Origin: Gemmata obscuriglobus | Lineage (GTDB): Bacteria; Planctomycetota; Planctomycetia; Gemmatales; Gemmataceae | Direction: 5' to 3' | DNA: 32,000 nucleotides | Assembly (NCBI RefSeq): GCF_008065095.1 | Contig: NZ_CP042911.1 | Coordinates: 3,810,001-3,842,000 of the forward strand | Part shown: positions 31,195 through 32,000 of the stretch, piece by piece | Layout of the letters: each line of letters begins with the position of its first letter | How positions within the stretch are numbered: the stretch's first letter is position 1 | The notes under the pieces: generated by a model | What the model was told of the DNA's origin: nothing | What the model saw: the letters and a program-made list of their open reading frames with translations, nothing else | The model's database searches: none | Made by a program: the position numbers and the translations under genes

Positions 31195-32000
31195 ATGACC
31201 CGATTGCTCTCCGCGCTCCTGACCGCCCTCGCGGGGGCGGTTGTGTCCGTGTCGGTCGCGCCCGCCGCGCCGGTCGAGGTGGACCGGTCCGTCCTCGACG
31301 CGCAGAAGCAGCGCATCGCGGCCATCAAGAAGGTTCACCCGGCGGTCGTGGCGGTGTGCATGCCCGACGGCGGCGGGTGCGGGTCCGGGGTGCTGATCGA
31401 CCCCGAGGGGTACGCGCTTACCAACTTCCACGTCGTCCAGCCGACCGGGCCGTTCCCCACCGCTGGGCTCGCAGACGGTGTGCTCTATCAGGCCGTCGTG
31501 TGCGGCATCGACAAAGTCGGGGACGTGGCGCTCATCAAGCTCGTGCCGAAAGAGAAGGGCAAGCCGTTCCCCTTCGTCCAACTCGCCGACAGCGACAAGG
31601 TGAAGGCCGGCGACTGGTCGCTGGCGATGGGCAACCCGTTCTCGCTGGCGATGGATTTCACCCCCACGGTGACCTACGGCATCGTGAGTGGTGTGAACCG
31701 CTACCAGCCGCCCGAAGGGAAGGGGCTTCTGGAGTACACGGACTGCATCCAAATCGAGACATCGATCAACCCGGGCAACTCGGGCGGCCCGCTGTTCAAC
31801 ATGAACGGCGAACTGATCGGTATCAACGGCCGCGGGTCGTTCGAGAAGCGCGGCCGCGTGAACTCCGGGGTCGGCTACGCGATCTCGATCAACCAGATCA
31901 AGAACTTTATGGGGCACCTGCGGGCGGGGATCGACTCCGACCACGCCACCCTCGGCGCCTCGGTCGGCTCCGGGAGCGACGAAGGGCAGCTCCCGGCGAT
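31195..32000 (+). CDS. Trypsin-like serine protease of the HtrA/DegP (S1C) type, 3'-partial (runs off the window)
   Basis: Not in the ORF track because no stop occurs before nt 32000. My translation from ATG 31195 gives MTRLLSALLTALAGAVVSVSVAPAAP (signal peptide). The catalytic-triad contexts follow: GSGVLIDPEGYALTNFHVV (His), GDVALIKL (Asp) and INPGNSGGPLFN (Ser). An in-frame ATG at 31171 lies inside the upstream hairpin/T-run and is less likely. Confidence 0.9.
   Translation, partial: MTRLLSALLTALAGAVVSVSVAPAAPVEVDRSVLDAQKQRIAAIKKVHPAVVAVCMPDGGGCGSGVLIDPEGYALTNFHVVQPTGPFPTAGLADGVLYQAVVCGIDKVGDVALIKLVPKEKGKPFPFVQLADSDKVKAGDWSLAMGNPFSLAMDFTPTVTYGIVSGVNRYQPPEGKGLLEYTDCIQIETSINPGNSGGPLFNMNGELIGINGRGSFEKRGRVNSGVGYAISINQIKNFMGHLRAGIDSDHATLGASVGSGSDEGQLPA

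Noticed and set aside
1-32000. Known defence systems, prophage or mobile elements, toxin-antitoxin pairs.
   Set aside because: I recognised no nuclease, methylase, integrase, transposase, phage structural or small paired-ORF signatures on either strand.

Overview
This is a GC-rich bacterial chromosomal segment with a strong G/C preference at third codon positions. That bias also produces many long Arg/Pro/Gly/His-rich antisense shadow ORFs in the supplied track. I call 16 protein-coding genes. I found no rRNA, tRNA, CRISPR array, transposase or integrase. Left part, + strand: a HAMP sensor histidine kinase (21-1238) and a sigma-54-dependent NtrC-type response regulator (1413-2915). They converge on a minus-strand trio: a radical SAM enzyme with a Cys-rich C-terminus (5581-4484), a PP2C phosphatase (4423-3542) and a small 4-helix membrane protein (3407-2931). 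From 5823 to the window end all 11 genes are on the + strand, and 9 of them carry a signal peptide or TM helices. In order they are a 1664-aa secreted double beta-propeller/alpha-solenoid protein and a secreted prenyltransferase/squalene-oxidase-repeat protein, then a MoxR AAA+ ATPase, DUF58, a BatA_N/vWA membrane protein, a vWA multipass membrane protein and a 1216-aa membrane protein. An 852-bp non-coding gap follows, then three secreted proteins: a coiled-coil protein with a Met/Gly/Pro/Lys-rich repeat core, a 369-aa protein and an NPCBM-domain protein. The last gene is a trypsin-like HtrA-type protease that runs off the window and is absent from the ORF track. Gene content suggests Planctomycetota (Gemmata-like), by inference only. 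Three things stand out. First, the extended MoxR/DUF58/vWA envelope locus has no assigned function. Second, a 34-position RNA helix made of inverted GTTCC heptad repeats exactly fills the moxR-DUF58 junction. Third, two near-consensus sigma-54 promoter motifs lie upstream of the PP2C gene and of the 369-aa secreted-protein gene, and could tie both to the NtrC-type regulator in the same window.
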